64,000 nucleotides of DNA from Candidatus Bathyarchaeota archaeon (GCA_963765605.1 CAVXXA010000006.1:27495-91494); one strand, 5' to 3'; counted from the first letter of the stretch, positions 22,743 through 35,000 are shown. Notes: generated from the letters alone by a model not told the origin. Translations and numbers: made by a program.

Positions 22743-24362
22743 TCAGGTCATCTTTTTCCTTCTCAGTTTGCTAGGTAACAGAACAGCTATAACCGAGAGT
22801 ATTCCTACTATTACCAAGATAATCCATATTGGGAATGGGGTAACTATGGGTTTTGACCCGAAGATTATTTGTAATTCATATACGCTGTAGTATGTTGTGT
22901 ACCAAACGTAGTAGTTGTTGGCATCTTGTGTGTATCCCTGGATCAGGGCTGCTTGGTTGTTCACGTAGACGGTTGGGTTTGTTCCACAGGGTAATGCCGT
23001 TTTGGGGATTGTTAGGTTGTCAAAACCTTTTATCACGTTATCTGTAACTAGCGATAGGGATAGGGTTGATGAAGTGTTAGATTGGTCAGTTTCTATGGTA
23101 GCGCTGATTATTCTTGAACCTGGTATGTCACCGTAAGCGGTGAGGTTAATGCTTGAGCCATTGTTTAGGGTTGCAGATATGGTTATAGAGCTTGGAATCG
23201 GTGTAGATGAAGGTTGAGGAGCAGGTGTGGAACCGGTACTCGGTTTTGAATTTGGGGTTGATGTTGGAGTTGGTGTGTAAGTAGGACCTGGCGTTGGGGG
23301 AACCAAAGTGAAGGCGGCAGTTATAGTGCCAGCCCCATTAATCGTTGCCGTCGTGGAGGCAGAGCTTGCATTGTTGAACGTTACTGAGCTAGATGGACTT
23401 GCACTCCAAGACGAAAAACTATAACCATCACCAGGAGCGGCATTTATCGAAACTACCTGACTATCATTATACGTTTGAGTCCCAAATGGGCTTGTTAATG
23501 AGCCGGAGCCGCCACCACTGGTCGCAAAGGTCACTTGATAAGTAATCTGAGAGAAAGTCGCAGTAATCGTGCCAGCCCCGTTAATCGTTGCCGTCGTAGA
23601 GGCAGAGTTCGCATTGCTGAACGTTACTGAGCTAGACGGATTTGAACTCCAAGACGAAAAACTATACCCAGATGCGGGCGTAGCAATTATCGAAAGTTGA
23701 GAACCAGCATTATATGTATAAGTCCCAGTGGTAGGGGTAGTCGTTCCGCTACCGCTCGTGGAAAAAATAACCTGATAGGTAATCTGAGTGAAAGTTGCAG
23801 TAATAGTGCCCGCACCGTTAATAGTTGCCGTCGTAGAAGCAGAGTTCGCATTACCAAAAGAAACCGATCCGCTAGGACTTGCACTCCAAGACGAGAAAGT
23901 GTAGCCGCTACCAGCAGTCGCAACTACAGCAACTTGTTGTCCAGCGTAGTAAGACTGGGTGCCAGATGGGCTTGTTGTCCCTGACCCTACGGTATTGAAA
24001 GTCACTGAAATTGGTGTTGGAGGAGGTGTAGGGGTTGGAGTTGGGATCGGAGTTGGAGTGGGGGTTGGAGAAGGAGTCTGGGTGGGTATGGGAGTTGAAG
24101 TAGGAGTTGGTGTTGGGCTAGGGTTTGGCGTTGGATCAGGAGTTGATAAAGGCGAGGGGGTATTTATTGAATCTAAAGTAAGGGTTGAGGCAAAGGATGC
24201 AAAGGAGGTATGTGCAGGCACAAAATAAGCTGAGTAAGCAATCAATAGGCAAATTAGAACACATGCAATTATGCCTAAACATGGTTTTTTAAAATTGCCC
24301 ATAAATTCCTCACAGCTATCTTCCTTAGGAAGTAAGGATTTAGCGATTGTGTCTATTGTCAA
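22743..24362 (-). CDS. Cell-surface protein with Pro/Thr linkers and three InlB-B/Listeria-Bacteroides-type repeats
   Basis: N-term TM, (PT)n tracts, 3x GY.FSSWS...ASTTATINGAGTITA.F, C-term TM plus RRKK. Confidence 0.85.
   Translation of the reverse strand: MTIDTIAKSLLPKEDSCEEFMGNFKKPCLGIIACVLICLLIAYSAYFVPAHTSFASFASTLTLDSINTPSPLSTPDPTPNPSPTPTPTSTPIPTQTPSPTPTPTPIPTPTPTPPPTPISVTFNTVGSGTTSPSGTQSYYAGQQVAVVATAGSGYTFSSWSASPSGSVSFGNANSASTTATINGAGTITATFTQITYQVIFSTSGSGTTTPTTGTYTYNAGSQLSIIATPASGYSFSSWSSNPSSSVTFSNANSASTTATINGAGTITATFSQITYQVTFATSGGGSGSLTSPFGTQTYNDSQVVSINAAPGDGYSFSSWSASPSSSVTFNNASSASTTATINGAGTITAAFTLVPPTPGPTYTPTPTSTPNSKPSTGSTPAPQPSSTPIPSSITISATLNNGSSINLTAYGDIPGSRIISATIETDQSNTSSTLSLSLVTDNVIKGFDNLTIPKTALPCGTNPTVYVNNQAALIQGYTQDANNYYVWYTTYYSVYELQIIFGSKPIVTPFPIWIILVIVGILSVIAVLLPSKLRRKKMT
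23310..24010. repeat. Three tandem ~240-bp intragenic repeats
   Basis: GTTGCCGTCGT.GA.GCAGAG and CTCCAAGACGA.AA recur near 23345, 23587 and 23824. Confidence 0.85.
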
Positions 24363-24412
24363 AATGCCTACTTTTAGAAATTGACCAAAAAATTAAAGCA
24401 GAATATCCTTCT

Positions 24413-25177
24413 TTAAATTCTTAAGCCTTCAACCAGAATTCTTTTCATTATACCCAAGCCGTGTCTAAGCTTAAGTTTTTTTTCGCCCATTCTAATCCTG
24501 TAATCAATGGGAAGCTCAACGATTCGGAAACCTTTTCGTTCAACAATCGAGTTCATTTCAGCCTCAACATCAAAGCCTTTGCTCTTAGGCCTCCAATTTT
24601 CTAGAATTTCACTTCTAACAACACGCAAACCAGACAGAGGATCATCAAGCTTAACACCATTCATTACAGCTTGGGCAAGCGCCAGAAGCCTGTTGCCAAC
24701 GTAAAACGGGTTAGTCAATGACTTGCTGTCGTTTAATCGGCCTTTAAACCTGTCACCGATAACCATGCCCACGTTAGGATTTAGATCTAAAACCTCAATC
24801 ATTTTTGGAACAAATCTAGCTGGGTAAGTAAAATCGCCATCAGTAAAAACAATATAGGGCACTTTCGAGCTCAGGTTTCTGAAACCCTGAAACAGCGCAT
24901 TTCCTTTACCCTTCCCTTCCTGTAACATAACATCGGCGCCCATATTTTTCGCTATTTCAATAGTTCTGTCAACGCTATTGCCATCAACGACAACTAAGTA
25001 GGGATTTTCCAGAACAGTTTGCAACTCATCTATAGTTGCCCCTATGCCTTCTTCCTCGTTAAGAGTTGCAATAACCACTGATACATTTGACCGATGAAAC
25101 TCAACCAATTCTGACCCCGCTCTTTCTTCGTTAAAATTTGTAATTACGATCGGGTCATTTGATCGAATTGCAGTCAT
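24413..25177 (-). CDS. GT2 polyprenol-phosphate glycosyltransferase (DPM1/AglJ-like)
   Basis: VVIATLNEEEGIG, VDGNSVDRT, GKGKG, TDGDFTYP, GFDVEAE. Confidence 0.88.
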   Translation of the reverse strand: MTAIRSNDPIVITNFNEERAGSELVEFHRSNVSVVIATLNEEEGIGATIDELQTVLENPYLVVVDGNSVDRTIEIAKNMGADVMLQEGKGKGNALFQGFRNLSSKVPYIVFTDGDFTYPARFVPKMIEVLDLNPNVGMVIGDRFKGRLNDSKSLTNPFYVGNRLLALAQAVMNGVKLDDPLSGLRVVRSEILENWRPKSKGFDVEAEMNSIVERKGFRIVELPIDYRIRMGEKKLKLRHGLGIMKRILVEGLRI

Positions 25178-25379
25178 AAAAACACTCTAAAAACGTAAAA
25201 TTAACGTTATGAACTATGCGGAGAATCAAACTATTAAAGTCGTAAGGATAATATATCCTGAACAACCAGAAAAATGTTCTATAGCTTTAAAAAAACTCTG
25301 TCATAGAAGAGTGCTGCATTTGGCTACTGAGCAGAAAGAGAAGTCTTATCAGGAAAGATCGCTTAATTGGCTTATTATG

Positions 25380-25718
25380 TCATGATTTGTTTGCCTGAAT
25401 GCAAGTTTTCCCTGGACACAAGTTTTCCAGAATTTTTTTCTTCAGTGAAAAATCGTTAAGATGTCTCTCCATATTTTTGTTAGATCGAGAATAATTCCTG
25501 TAAGCGTTTAGATATTCTTGTCCCTTGAAAGTTAATTTGTAGGATTGGTTATTGTTCTCGAATTTTATAAGCGATGCGTCGACGATTTCGCTTAGATAGC
25601 GCTGCAAGACTTTATAGCTTAAATTAGCCTGATACATTATCTGGGTCTTTTTAGCTGCCTGGCTTGCAACATTTAGGATGTCAGCTATTATATCCAATCT
25701 GTCTCTATAATTACCCAA
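25380..25718 (-). CDS. Winged-helix transcriptional regulator (archaeal HTH_45-like)
   Basis: RDRLDIIADIL...KKTQIMYQANLSY...YKLTFKG. Confidence 0.85.
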   Translation of the reverse strand: MGNYRDRLDIIADILNVASQAAKKTQIMYQANLSYKVLQRYLSEIVDASLIKFENNNQSYKLTFKGQEYLNAYRNYSRSNKNMERHLNDFSLKKKILENLCPGKTCIQANKS

Positions 25719-25759
25719 CCGGAGTTTCCCCTTAAAACAAAATAATATTTTAAAAACTT

Positions 25760-26128
25760 TTAGACGTGCAGCCAGCCTCTGCCATTTTTCTTTAATTGCT
25801 TCTTTTCTTCAAAAGGCAATTGAGTTAAACTTTTACTTTCTGACTTGTGGGTGTTAATACTATTTTTGATGAATTTTATCCATCCGCCAACATGTGGATC
25901 AGGAGGGATGTATCTTTCTGCGTTTAGGATTTCGTGTTCTTTCAGAATTTCTTTAAAGTTTAAAGCTTTGAAGTCTCTTGTTGCATGAATTATTGTGCCT
26001 TTGTCTATGAACAGTTGATCGTAGTTATTGACTGCTATACCTTCAGCTCTCACTTTGTCATCGTATCTTTCGTTCCAAAGTTTTTTCCACTCTATTTTTA
26101 TTTCTTCAACTAATTCTTTTTGTTCCAA
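25760..26128 (-). CDS. Hypothetical protein
   Basis: 122 aa ORF co-oriented with the regulator, RBS-like GGAGG upstream. Confidence 0.6.
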   Translation of the reverse strand: MEQKELVEEIKIEWKKLWNERYDDKVRAEGIAVNNYDQLFIDKGTIIHATRDFKALNFKEILKEHEILNAERYIPPDPHVGGWIKFIKNSINTHKSESKSLTQLPFEEKKQLKKNGRGWLHV

Positions 26129-26550
26129 AGGCGTAGCTAATGAAATCCCTCCATAATAGAAGCGGATTAGAAAAAGCTTTTTTTTAACTTGATAAAACTA
26201 GCGTGAGGATTATTCCTCAATTAAGTATGGTTGAAGTCTCTTATTTAAATTGTAAGGATGAATTGTTCTATTTTTATCTAACATTAAATAGTTTTTTCTG
26301 TATTTTTATTGATTTTATGTTGGATTTTGTTATTGTTTGCTTTAGAACAATTCGTGTTTTGTGATGGAAGAATGTTATCAATGAGTCTGCTTCGGGAAGG
26401 TTAAGCTGGGTTGGGAAACGCGTGGTTCTTTTACTAAATTGTTTAAATTAATTTTGGCTTAGGTTAAGTTTTACCGTATGCTTCTTTGGCAGCCTGGCTG
26501 CTTTGCAACGTTTAAATTCTACTTTTGCAATTAATTGGGAAGGGATTGTT

Positions 26551-27732
26551 ATGGCAAGCTTAGTTTTTGCTAAAAATGTGTTCTTAAAGGGATTTAACTC
26601 TGTTCAGGAAAATGATACACTTTCCAGATGTTTAGAAGCCTTTGAAACAGGTATGCCTCCGGTTTTAGCCGTTTTAAATGATAAGGGCAAGTATGAAGGC
26701 ATCATTACTCGACGCTCGATTTTAAGGTCACGACTTGATTCTACCGCGACCAAAGTCAGAACGTTAATGAAGGTTGCGCCCCCTGTTACCTTGGATTTTT
26801 CCTTAAGTAAAATAGCTAAGTTGATGATTGAGAGTGAGATGCGGCAGCTTCCAGTTTTTGAGAAGAATAAGCTGTTGGGGTTTGTTACTGACGAGAACAT
26901 TATTCATGCGGCAGTTCTTGAGGAGTGGGGTAACACTGCAATAGAGAAAATCATGACGCGGGCACCTCACACTATTGAAGCAAATCGCTCTGTCGGAGCG
27001 GTTCTGAGTTTGATGCGGGAATATGGTATTTCACATATTCCAGTGATGGACAGCGGCAAAATTGTAGGCATGATTAGCATTCAAGATATTTTGGAGAATA
27101 TTTATTGGCCGCAGAAACGGCAGACAACTGGAGACATTGTTGGAGAGAAAATTGAAACCTTAAGTGTGCCAGCTAAGGGCATAATGGCCAGACCTGCAAT
27201 TACGGTTGAACCTCAAACGAGCCTGCGTGAAACAGAGAAATTAATGCATGATCGGGACATTTCCTGTCTAGCAGTTGTTTCAAACGAGCGTTTGGTTGGC
27301 ATAGTGACGAGGCGGGATTTTCTTGAGCCGATCTCGCAGCTGGAAACGGTTGAAAAGAAGTTGTCTGTTCAGTTCGGCGTTAAAGATGTAGATGTTACTC
27401 CTGATCAGCAGGGCTTCATGATGGAAGAATTCGATTCCTTCACACGCAAGTACCAGGACGCTTTCCAGCTGGGAACACTTTTTGTCTACATGAAGAGCCA
27501 CGGCAACACAAGCCTAAGGGGAACGCCGCTGATTCATTGTCGTCTGCAGTTCAGGACTGTGAGGGGAACGTTCTTTAGCGCCAGTGAAGGCTGGGGTGTT
27601 GAGCCGACTTTCAGAGTGGCATTAGACCGGCTTGAGAGGAGACTGCTGAGAAGCAAAGAACTGTTAGCTTACAACCCCAGATACGCCAAAGACTACCTGC
27701 GCAAGATCGGGTTACCCCAAGAAGAAACCTAA
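26551..27732 (+). CDS. Four-CBS-domain protein with C-terminal HPF/RaiA-like domain (putative ribosome hibernation factor)
   Basis: Four CBS repeats (GIITRRSI, GFVTDENI, GMISIQDI, GIVTRRDF). C-term CRLQFRTVRGTFFSASEGWG..FRVALDRLERRLLRSK resembles the HPF fold. Confidence 0.75.
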   Translation: MASLVFAKNVFLKGFNSVQENDTLSRCLEAFETGMPPVLAVLNDKGKYEGIITRRSILRSRLDSTATKVRTLMKVAPPVTLDFSLSKIAKLMIESEMRQLPVFEKNKLLGFVTDENIIHAAVLEEWGNTAIEKIMTRAPHTIEANRSVGAVLSLMREYGISHIPVMDSGKIVGMISIQDILENIYWPQKRQTTGDIVGEKIETLSVPAKGIMARPAITVEPQTSLRETEKLMHDRDISCLAVVSNERLVGIVTRRDFLEPISQLETVEKKLSVQFGVKDVDVTPDQQGFMMEEFDSFTRKYQDAFQLGTLFVYMKSHGNTSLRGTPLIHCRLQFRTVRGTFFSASEGWGVEPTFRVALDRLERRLLRSKELLAYNPRYAKDYLRKIGLPQEET

Positions 27733-27936
27733 GCCCTCTTTCCTCTTTTTGATTGTTTTGTTTTTTTGCGCGATAGTTTTAGTTTTCGTGTGTTTTTGTT
27801 GTAAATAGTAGGGTGGGGAGGTTTTTTGGTGTTTGTGTTTTGGGTTGCTTTTTTTCGTTGGGGTTTAAATCTTGGTTTTTTCATGGTGAATTTTGGTAAT
27901 TTATGGTAAAAAATGGTGAAAAAAGGTGTTTGAAAC

Positions 27937-28008
27937 ATGCCGTTAACTGAACTTATAAAATTACAAAGCTAAACTCCAGCGCAACAACGACTTACGGTTC
28001 CGACGCTT
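27937..28008 (+). pseudogene. 5' part of an interrupted AbrB/MazE-like small gene
   Basis: AGGTG RBS then ATG; with indel correction reads MPLTELI-YKAKLQRNN-LTVPTL. Confidence 0.55.
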
Positions 28009-28553
28009 CAAGGGTGACGCTGCAAAATGAGATCGGCGATGAAGTAGTTTTCAATTTAAAAAAGAAAAAAAGAGGGTCTCTGATCAGATATCTGCATCAA
28101 ATTTGTTTTGGACTATCGGATTCTATCGTTACAGCGGCTGCTTGGCGATAGTGGCGTGAGAGTTGTCCGCCTATGAGGATGAATTATACTGCTAATGCGA
28201 TTTGGGAAACGCGAATTTAACGTGTGAAAAGGTATCAAACATTTTTCCGAAATTATCAATCGACAGATAAGTTTTAAGTCAGACATTATATCTTCTGCGC
28301 GTCATTTAGCGGGAAGCGCTTGCTCCAATCTATTTCAGCGCGCATGCGTGTTCCAAAATTAGGTTTCAAATGGTAATAAGTCTCGCCTCGCATCCTTTTT
28401 TTGGATGCGAACACGAAGAGATTCGAGATCGTTGAGACACGCTAAAAAACGTTATCTTTTTAGGTCTCGATAATGAATCATATTTGTATAGGCGTCGACT
28501 TCTATATACGGTCATTAGCGAGTCCATGACTCTGGTCGACTGGGAGTGAGTAA

Positions 28554-28754
28554 ATGGCTAAGAAACCGAAAAAGAAGGAAGGCATCGACCAGGGTAAACT
28601 TCTTAAGAAAGCCCAGCGAACCCGTTCGAACCTTCAGCATGTGGCAACGGCGACCGACATTAACACTCTTTCATTTTTGATGTTCCAAGCGACAGCGTTT
28701 GGCGTCGAGCGAGTTCGCCCCGCAGATTCGTATAGCCTGAGGCGACCTTTGTGA
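28554..28754 (+). CDS. Small basic hypothetical ORF
   Basis: GGAGTGAG RBS, MAKKPKKKE; stop overlaps the next GTG (GTGA). Confidence 0.35.
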   Translation: MAKKPKKKEGIDQGKLLKKAQRTRSNLQHVATATDINTLSFLMFQATAFGVERVRPADSYSLRRPL

Positions 28755-31700
28755 ACGTCGTAGTTGCCGGTAGTCAAAACGACGCGAGTTTTGCTGTTGT
28801 GGATTTCACTAACCCCGCTACTCCCACGGTGGCTATTGTCGCCGCACCGTTCCAGGGGGGCTGCATGGTTGACTGTTCCGGGACGCTCGCGGCCGTGGGC
28901 AACTTCAATGGCGGTCAGGTCGCGATTTACGATATCTCAATCCCTTCAACCCCGGTTCTCAAAGGAAGCGTCAGCACGGTGCTTGGGGGCATCGGAGCCA
29001 TCTCGATTGACGGCAATCGCGTTCTGGTCGGGGAAGTGAACGGACTGCGCGTCATCTTGATCGATGTCTCTACGCCCTCGAACCCGACGATTCTGTCCAC
29101 TTTCAGTAGTGCCATCTCCAGCATCTCGTCCGCTGCGCTGAAAGGCACCAAGGCGATCATATCGGGCCCCAACGACCTCATCTTCGCCGTGCTGGACTAT
29201 ACCGTCCCTGCCACCCCCACCCAAGTCAAGTTCACCCCGGGAACCGGAGGCGTTTTCTTCGGAGGCGCGGTGGCTGGGGATCTTGACGGCACGAACGCCG
29301 CGCTTGCGGACATCGGCGACGGAAATGTTTACCTTTTCGATGTCGGCGGCGCCAGTCCAGTGTTGCTTGGCAAAATGCTCACGACACAAGCGGGCGTCTC
29401 GTCGTTATCAATCAGCGGAACCACTGTCGTCGCGGCCTCCTCCAACGACGCGACCCTGTCAGTGGTCAGCTTTCAAGCCCCGGCGACTCCGACGGAAAGC
29501 GACATCTCCAACGGCCTTAACGGCGGGGCCACCGTGAAGCTCGCTGGTGCCTTTCTTAGCCGCCGGCGATATCCTTGGGACTAAAGTCAATCTCTTCAAC
29601 GTGGTCGGCACCACGGCCACGCTCCTAGGCACAGCCGATACCACCCTTCCCTCCATCGCCACGGTCGGCTTCACCTCCTTCACCGTGGTATCCCCACAGT
29701 CGAAAATCAACGCGACGCCAGCCTAGTTTGGCGTTCGGGACTGTGCGCGTGAACACTGGAAAGACGATCTCGGTAACGCTGTCGAACACTGGCACTGCAA
29801 CCCTCAACGTGACGAACCTCAAGTCGTCTGCGGCGCAGTACGTGCCGTCGCCAACCGGATCGCTAAGCATCGGGGCTAGTGGTGGCACGCAAGCAGTACA
29901 GGTCAAGTTCACACCGACCGCTGCGCAATCTTTCCCGGCATCCCTCACCATGAACACGAACGACCCGGCGCATGCGAGCTTTACCATCCCACTAACTGGA
30001 AGCGGCGGCCTTCCGCACATAATAGTCCCTGGTCCAGTGGATTTTGGAAATGTGGCAGTCTGTCTCTCGCACACGGTGAACGCGACCATTGGCAACACGG
30101 GCACAGTAGACTTGCATCTCACGGCCATCGTCGTTTCGGGTACAGGGTTCAGCGAAAGCTCGGGTACGTCGCTGGTCGTGCCTGCTGGCGGTAACAGCAA
30201 TATTGTGGTCACTTTCAAGCCATCGGCCACAGGTGCCGCATCGGGAGTCTTGACCTTCCTCACTGATGACCCAAATACTCCAAACGCCTCGGTGAGCCTG
30301 ACTGGAAACGGCACGCCGGAGCCACCTCCTGCTATTCTTGTGACTCCCACCTCGATAGATTTCGGGGTCATACCATTACAATACTTTGCGGGCGTAGCGG
30401 TCACTGTTTCGAACAACGGCCCATGCGAGGATCTGGTCGCCACCCTGACCGTTACGGGAGCGGCGTTCTTGATCACCAGTGGCAATCCCACCACCTTACC
30501 GGTCAATAATCCACCGATCACCACCACAATCCCGGCAAGTACGTCGCAGTCCTTTACAGTGGTCTTCGCGCCCACGGCGCTCGGCGCCGCCGGCGGCACG
30601 TTGACGATCACAAGCAACGACCCTTCCAAGCCCTCCGTATCCGTGCCGCTGACTGGGACCGGCGTGGCCGTTTCGCCAGCGGCGATCGAGTTGATTCTAG
30701 ACCGTTCTGGCAGCATGGCCACACCTATCACCAACGGCACTCGGATGACCGCCTTGCAGAGCGCAGTGGCCGTGTTCGCCGATCTGGTCATACCGGACAC
30801 CGGTTTCTCCATGGGATCGGTGCAGTTCGACAGCCAGTTTGCGGTGCTGACGGTGCTCCAGAACTTCGACGCCGCCCAGCAGAGCGCTATCATTGTCGGT
30901 GCAAATTCGCTGGCACCTCGCTTCCTCACCTCCATCGGGGGCGGACTCGCACTCGGTCAGACGTCCCTGAACGCGTCGACACAGACTCGCAAGGTCGCCG
31001 TCGTTTTCACAGACGGGTATGAGAACACACCGCCGCTCGTCGCGTCGGTCGAACAAGGGATTCTCACCGCGGGCACCGAGGTATACGCGGTTGGGCTGGG
31101 AGATCCCGCGTATCTCTCAGTTGCGATCCTTTCCCAACTGGCGGCCAGTTCGAACGGCAAGTTCTTTCAAACCAGCGACCCGCTGGTGCTGCGCAAGCAG
31201 TTCGTCGAAATCCTTGCCGACGCCTTCCGCCAAAACATGGCTGCCGACCCAATCCTAACTTTGCAGCAAGGCATTCCCGTTACCGTCCCCGTGAGAATCA
31301 CAAACTGTGAGAGCCGGATAAGCTTCGTCCTGCTCTGGGAAGACCCCACAGCGCAGGTGCAGTTCTCGATCCAGGCCCCAGATGGCACGACCTTCGGAAG
31401 TCTCTCCGCCAATAACAACCGACTGGTGCGTTATATCGAGCGGCCAGGCTACCGCTTCTTCCAAATCGCGCTGCCCCCGGTCCGAATGCGACAATAGGGC
31501 CGAAGCAGCTGGGTCAATGGCTGATGCGGATTGATCCCGTGGCGATTGCCGGCGGGAGCACGCGGGCTTCGACCAGCGTGTTGGTAGAAGGCTCGCTGGA
31601 GATCACCGCGCGCATTACCGCGGGCAAAGTCACCGATCCGCTGACGGTGCGCGTGGCCCTGACCCAGAGCGGCCAGATTGTGAGGGGCGCGAACGTGCAA

Positions 31701-32012
31701 GTGCGCCTGACCGCGCCTGTCACTTCGCTGGCGCAGCTCTCGACCCCGCTGGTGCGCCACCGAGCGCTTGCGGCGGACACGCATCTGATTCCTCCGGGGC
31801 TGCAGCAACTGACGAAAACGCAAATGACCACCTACGAATTGAAATTTAACGAACGAGAATATGTCTTGCAACTGCCGCCACCCAAGGTCGATGGCGTTTA
31901 TCACGCCGAGGTCACCGCTAGCGGCCAGGCCTGCGGCGGAGTCTTCCAACGCTATTGGTCCGGGTCGGTCTACATCGGGCCAAGTGAGAAATACTATTCT
32001 CGGGAGCAATAA
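28751..32012 (+). CDS. ~1085 aa LVIVD-type beta-propeller + 3 Ig-like (choice-of-anchor D/ASH) + vWA domain protein, split by indels
   Basis: Repeats IYDISIPSTP and LIDVSTPSNP; 3x FG.V...SN.G...ND.....PLTG.G; MIDAS DRSGS..T..TDG. Bridging frames LAAGDILGTKV..NATPA/SLAFG and PGPNATIGPKQLGQWLMRID join the three ORFs. Confidence 0.8.
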
Positions 32013-32018
32013 CAGAGT

Positions 32019-35000
32019 ATGGCTTCTTCCAAATCCGGAAAGGTTCGCGTCCCTAAGGGCTATCAAGAACTCAAGGGCAGCGAGCGCCCTCGTTCTACAG
32101 CCGCAAAAATCGCTAGGTCCGCTGGACCCCAGGAACCTGTTTCCGTCACCCTCGTCCTGCGACACAAACCCGGCAGCCCCGATCTTCCCGATCACGAACA
32201 TTGGCGCAACACGCCCGTTGGCCAGCGCCGGTTCTTATCTCCCGAGGAGTACGCCAACTCCTACGGTGCCTCGCAAGCCGATCTCGACGCGGTAACCTCC
32301 TTCGTCGCCTCCCACGGCCTGACCGTGCTCAACGCCCACGCTGGTCGCCGCACTGTCAGCATTTCCGGCACTGCATCGCAGATGAACGAAGCCTTCGGCA
32401 TTCGACTCAACCGCTACGAATCTCCTCGCCCCAAACAGAAGCAACGGACCAAGGCGGCAGACGAATCGCTTTCCACACACATCCACCACGGCTACGACGG
32501 TCCCGTGCACATTCCCGCGGAACTCTCAGGTATCGTCACCGCCGTAATAGGTCTTGACAATCGTGCCCTCGGTGGTCCCGGCGGTAGCTCGGGCGATCCG
32601 ACAAATTCCAATTCACTCTCCGTTCCGAGAGTGGCCAACCTCTACAACTTCCCCAACCCCAGTGCTTCCGACCAAGTAATCGGCGTGATTGCTCCTTCTG
32701 ATCCCGTTGGCACCACCAATCAACGCCTATCCGGCTATCTCGCCAACGATATCAACAACAACTACTTCCCCAACCTCTCCGATTCGACCTATCGCACCAC
32801 GCCGGCCTCCCTTAACGACATCAACCTCACCGTCGGGACCAACACCTACACCAACAGCACCGCCACGGTTCAGGGAATCACGTCGGGAAGCCTCGGCTCC
32901 AATCCCACCCTTTTCGCGATGGAAGTCACTCAGGATATCTCCACCGCTGTTACGATCGCGCAGGGTGCCGCAGTCAACGTTTACTTTACGGAACTCACCG
33001 AGCAAGGTCTCCTTGTTTGTCTGAATCGAGTCCTCCTGCCCGAAGGTGAAAAGCAGCCCACCGTCGTCACTTGCAGCTTCAACTTTTTTGTCACCGACGA
33101 CTCGGGCTCGATTGGCGACGCAAGCAATACTGGTTCGGCTGCCTATCAAATGTCTTCTCTCTTCCAGGCACTCGCGCTCTTGGGTGTCGGTGTATTCATC
33201 ATTGCTCAAGATAATGGCAGCAACGATGGTGATAGCGACGGGAAGACTCACGTGAACTACCCCGGCAGCGATCCCTGGGTCACCTGCGTTGGCGGCACGG
33301 TCATCGGCAACATAAAAACCGGTCCGCCTGTCACTTTCGATGAATATGTCTGGAGCAATGTGGGTTCCGCGACTCAGGTCGGCGGTTTCGGAGGGGCCAG
33401 CGGCGGCGGTGCCAGCTCGAACTTCCCGATTCCTTCGTACCAAACCAGCGCCGGCATCACCAGCATTACCGACTCCAATGGGAACAAATCCACCAAGCGT
33501 TTCATCCCGGATGTCGCCGGCATGGTCTCCTACGGCGGTTCGGGCTCCCAGGACTGGTTCTGGATAAATGGGCTCAGCTACAACTTCACTGGCACGAGCT
33601 GCGCCTGCCCTCTCTACGCTGGGCTCTACGCTGCCTCCGCAGTGCCTTTGGCGTGCCTCTCGGTTTCTTTAATCCAACGATCTATCAGATCGGCAGCAGT
33701 GTCTGCAACGACATCACAAACGGCAACAACGATCCCAGCGATGGCTCGAAGGCTCCCTTCTACACCGCCGCTGCTGGCTGGGATCCGTGCACTGGCTGGG
33801 GCAGCATTGACGGCACCAAGCTTCTAAACGGTATCGCCGGCCTCATGTACAACCCAGACCTTCTATTTCCAAGTCGAAAAGAACACCTACGGCCTCGACG
33901 AAGTCTCCGTCAATTCCAGCTATTCCCCCGCGTTCTGGCTTGTCCTCGAAGGCTACACCTTCACGGCTGCCAAGAATATCAGCCCGCAGTCACCGGAGCA
34001 TTTTCCGCGCTTGCGGGCGTCACGATCACCGTCGGTCCCGCCACTCCAGAGATCAATTCCCTTCCAAACACGCCCCAGCGCGTCCTTTATCCCTGCAGCA
34101 TCAGTTTTGCCTCTTCCGCGATCAGGACCGTTGCCGATGGCGGTATATTTCCCGCCCCGGCGGTTCTGCCTTCTCACTACCCCTCACGGCTCTGATCACC
34201 ATCTCAGACCAAATTCTCGGCGCAGCCTCTGTGTTCGAACTCGTCCCCGGTGCTGATCCCGGCTTTGCAAATTTCAATTCGGCCGGTTCAAACGCATTCT
34301 ATCTCAGTGAAGATCTCCCGAGTCTTCACAATTACTCCCGGCATCAACAATACTCCTATCGCGGGCGTTCCCCTCCTGCCCGCGGACAATACCAAGTACG
34401 ATTCCGGCGCCGCTTACAACTACATCCAAACCCTTATAGCTCTTCTCAACGCCAACAACGGCGACGCTACCGGCGCCGACGTTTTCACTTCTTTCCCAGA
34501 CCAATCCAGCGCCCTCATCGGCGATTCCTCGGTCACCCCCAGCTCCGTGGACCCCGCTCATCCCACAGGTACTCGTTTCTCCAACTACAATTTCGCTGTC
34601 GCTCGTGTCCGTCTCAACGGCTCTCCCAACACCTCCTCCGTCAAGAACGTGCGCGTGTTCTTCCGCATGTTCGCCACGGAAACCGGCGACACCGACTACC
34701 TCACCGATTGGACCTATCCTTCGAACTTCTCGGGGGGGTTTCCCCGCTCACCGATTATCGGCACGGGGAATCCTCCCGTAACCATCCCATTCTTTGCCAC
34801 CGGTAACTACGAGGGGAACTCAGACCACCCCATCAACGTCGATTACTCTGCAAACAGCGTCAACAATCAGCCCATCCAGATCGGCGCCAGCGGCAAAGCT
34901 TGGGCCTACTACGGTTGCTACATCAACGTCTACCCCACAAATAACACAATCAACGGGCGGTCAATTCAATCCATGCTGCCAGGCACGCATCACTGTATCG

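Noticed and set aside
24010-24160. GGAGTTGG/GGGGTTGG short tandem repeats as a possible CRISPR or VNTR
   Set aside because: They encode the Pro-Thr linker of the surface protein; there are no unique spacers.
27729-27938. 69-aa Lys/Thr-rich minus-strand ORF (also the ORFs at 36330-36620)
   Set aside because: Products of strand-skewed low-complexity or repeat DNA; no family motifs.
29625-33443. Long antisense ORFs (436, 250 and 238 aa) in the GC-rich island
   Set aside because: Shadow ORFs expected from high GC and codon bias opposite well-supported plus-strand genes; no motifs.
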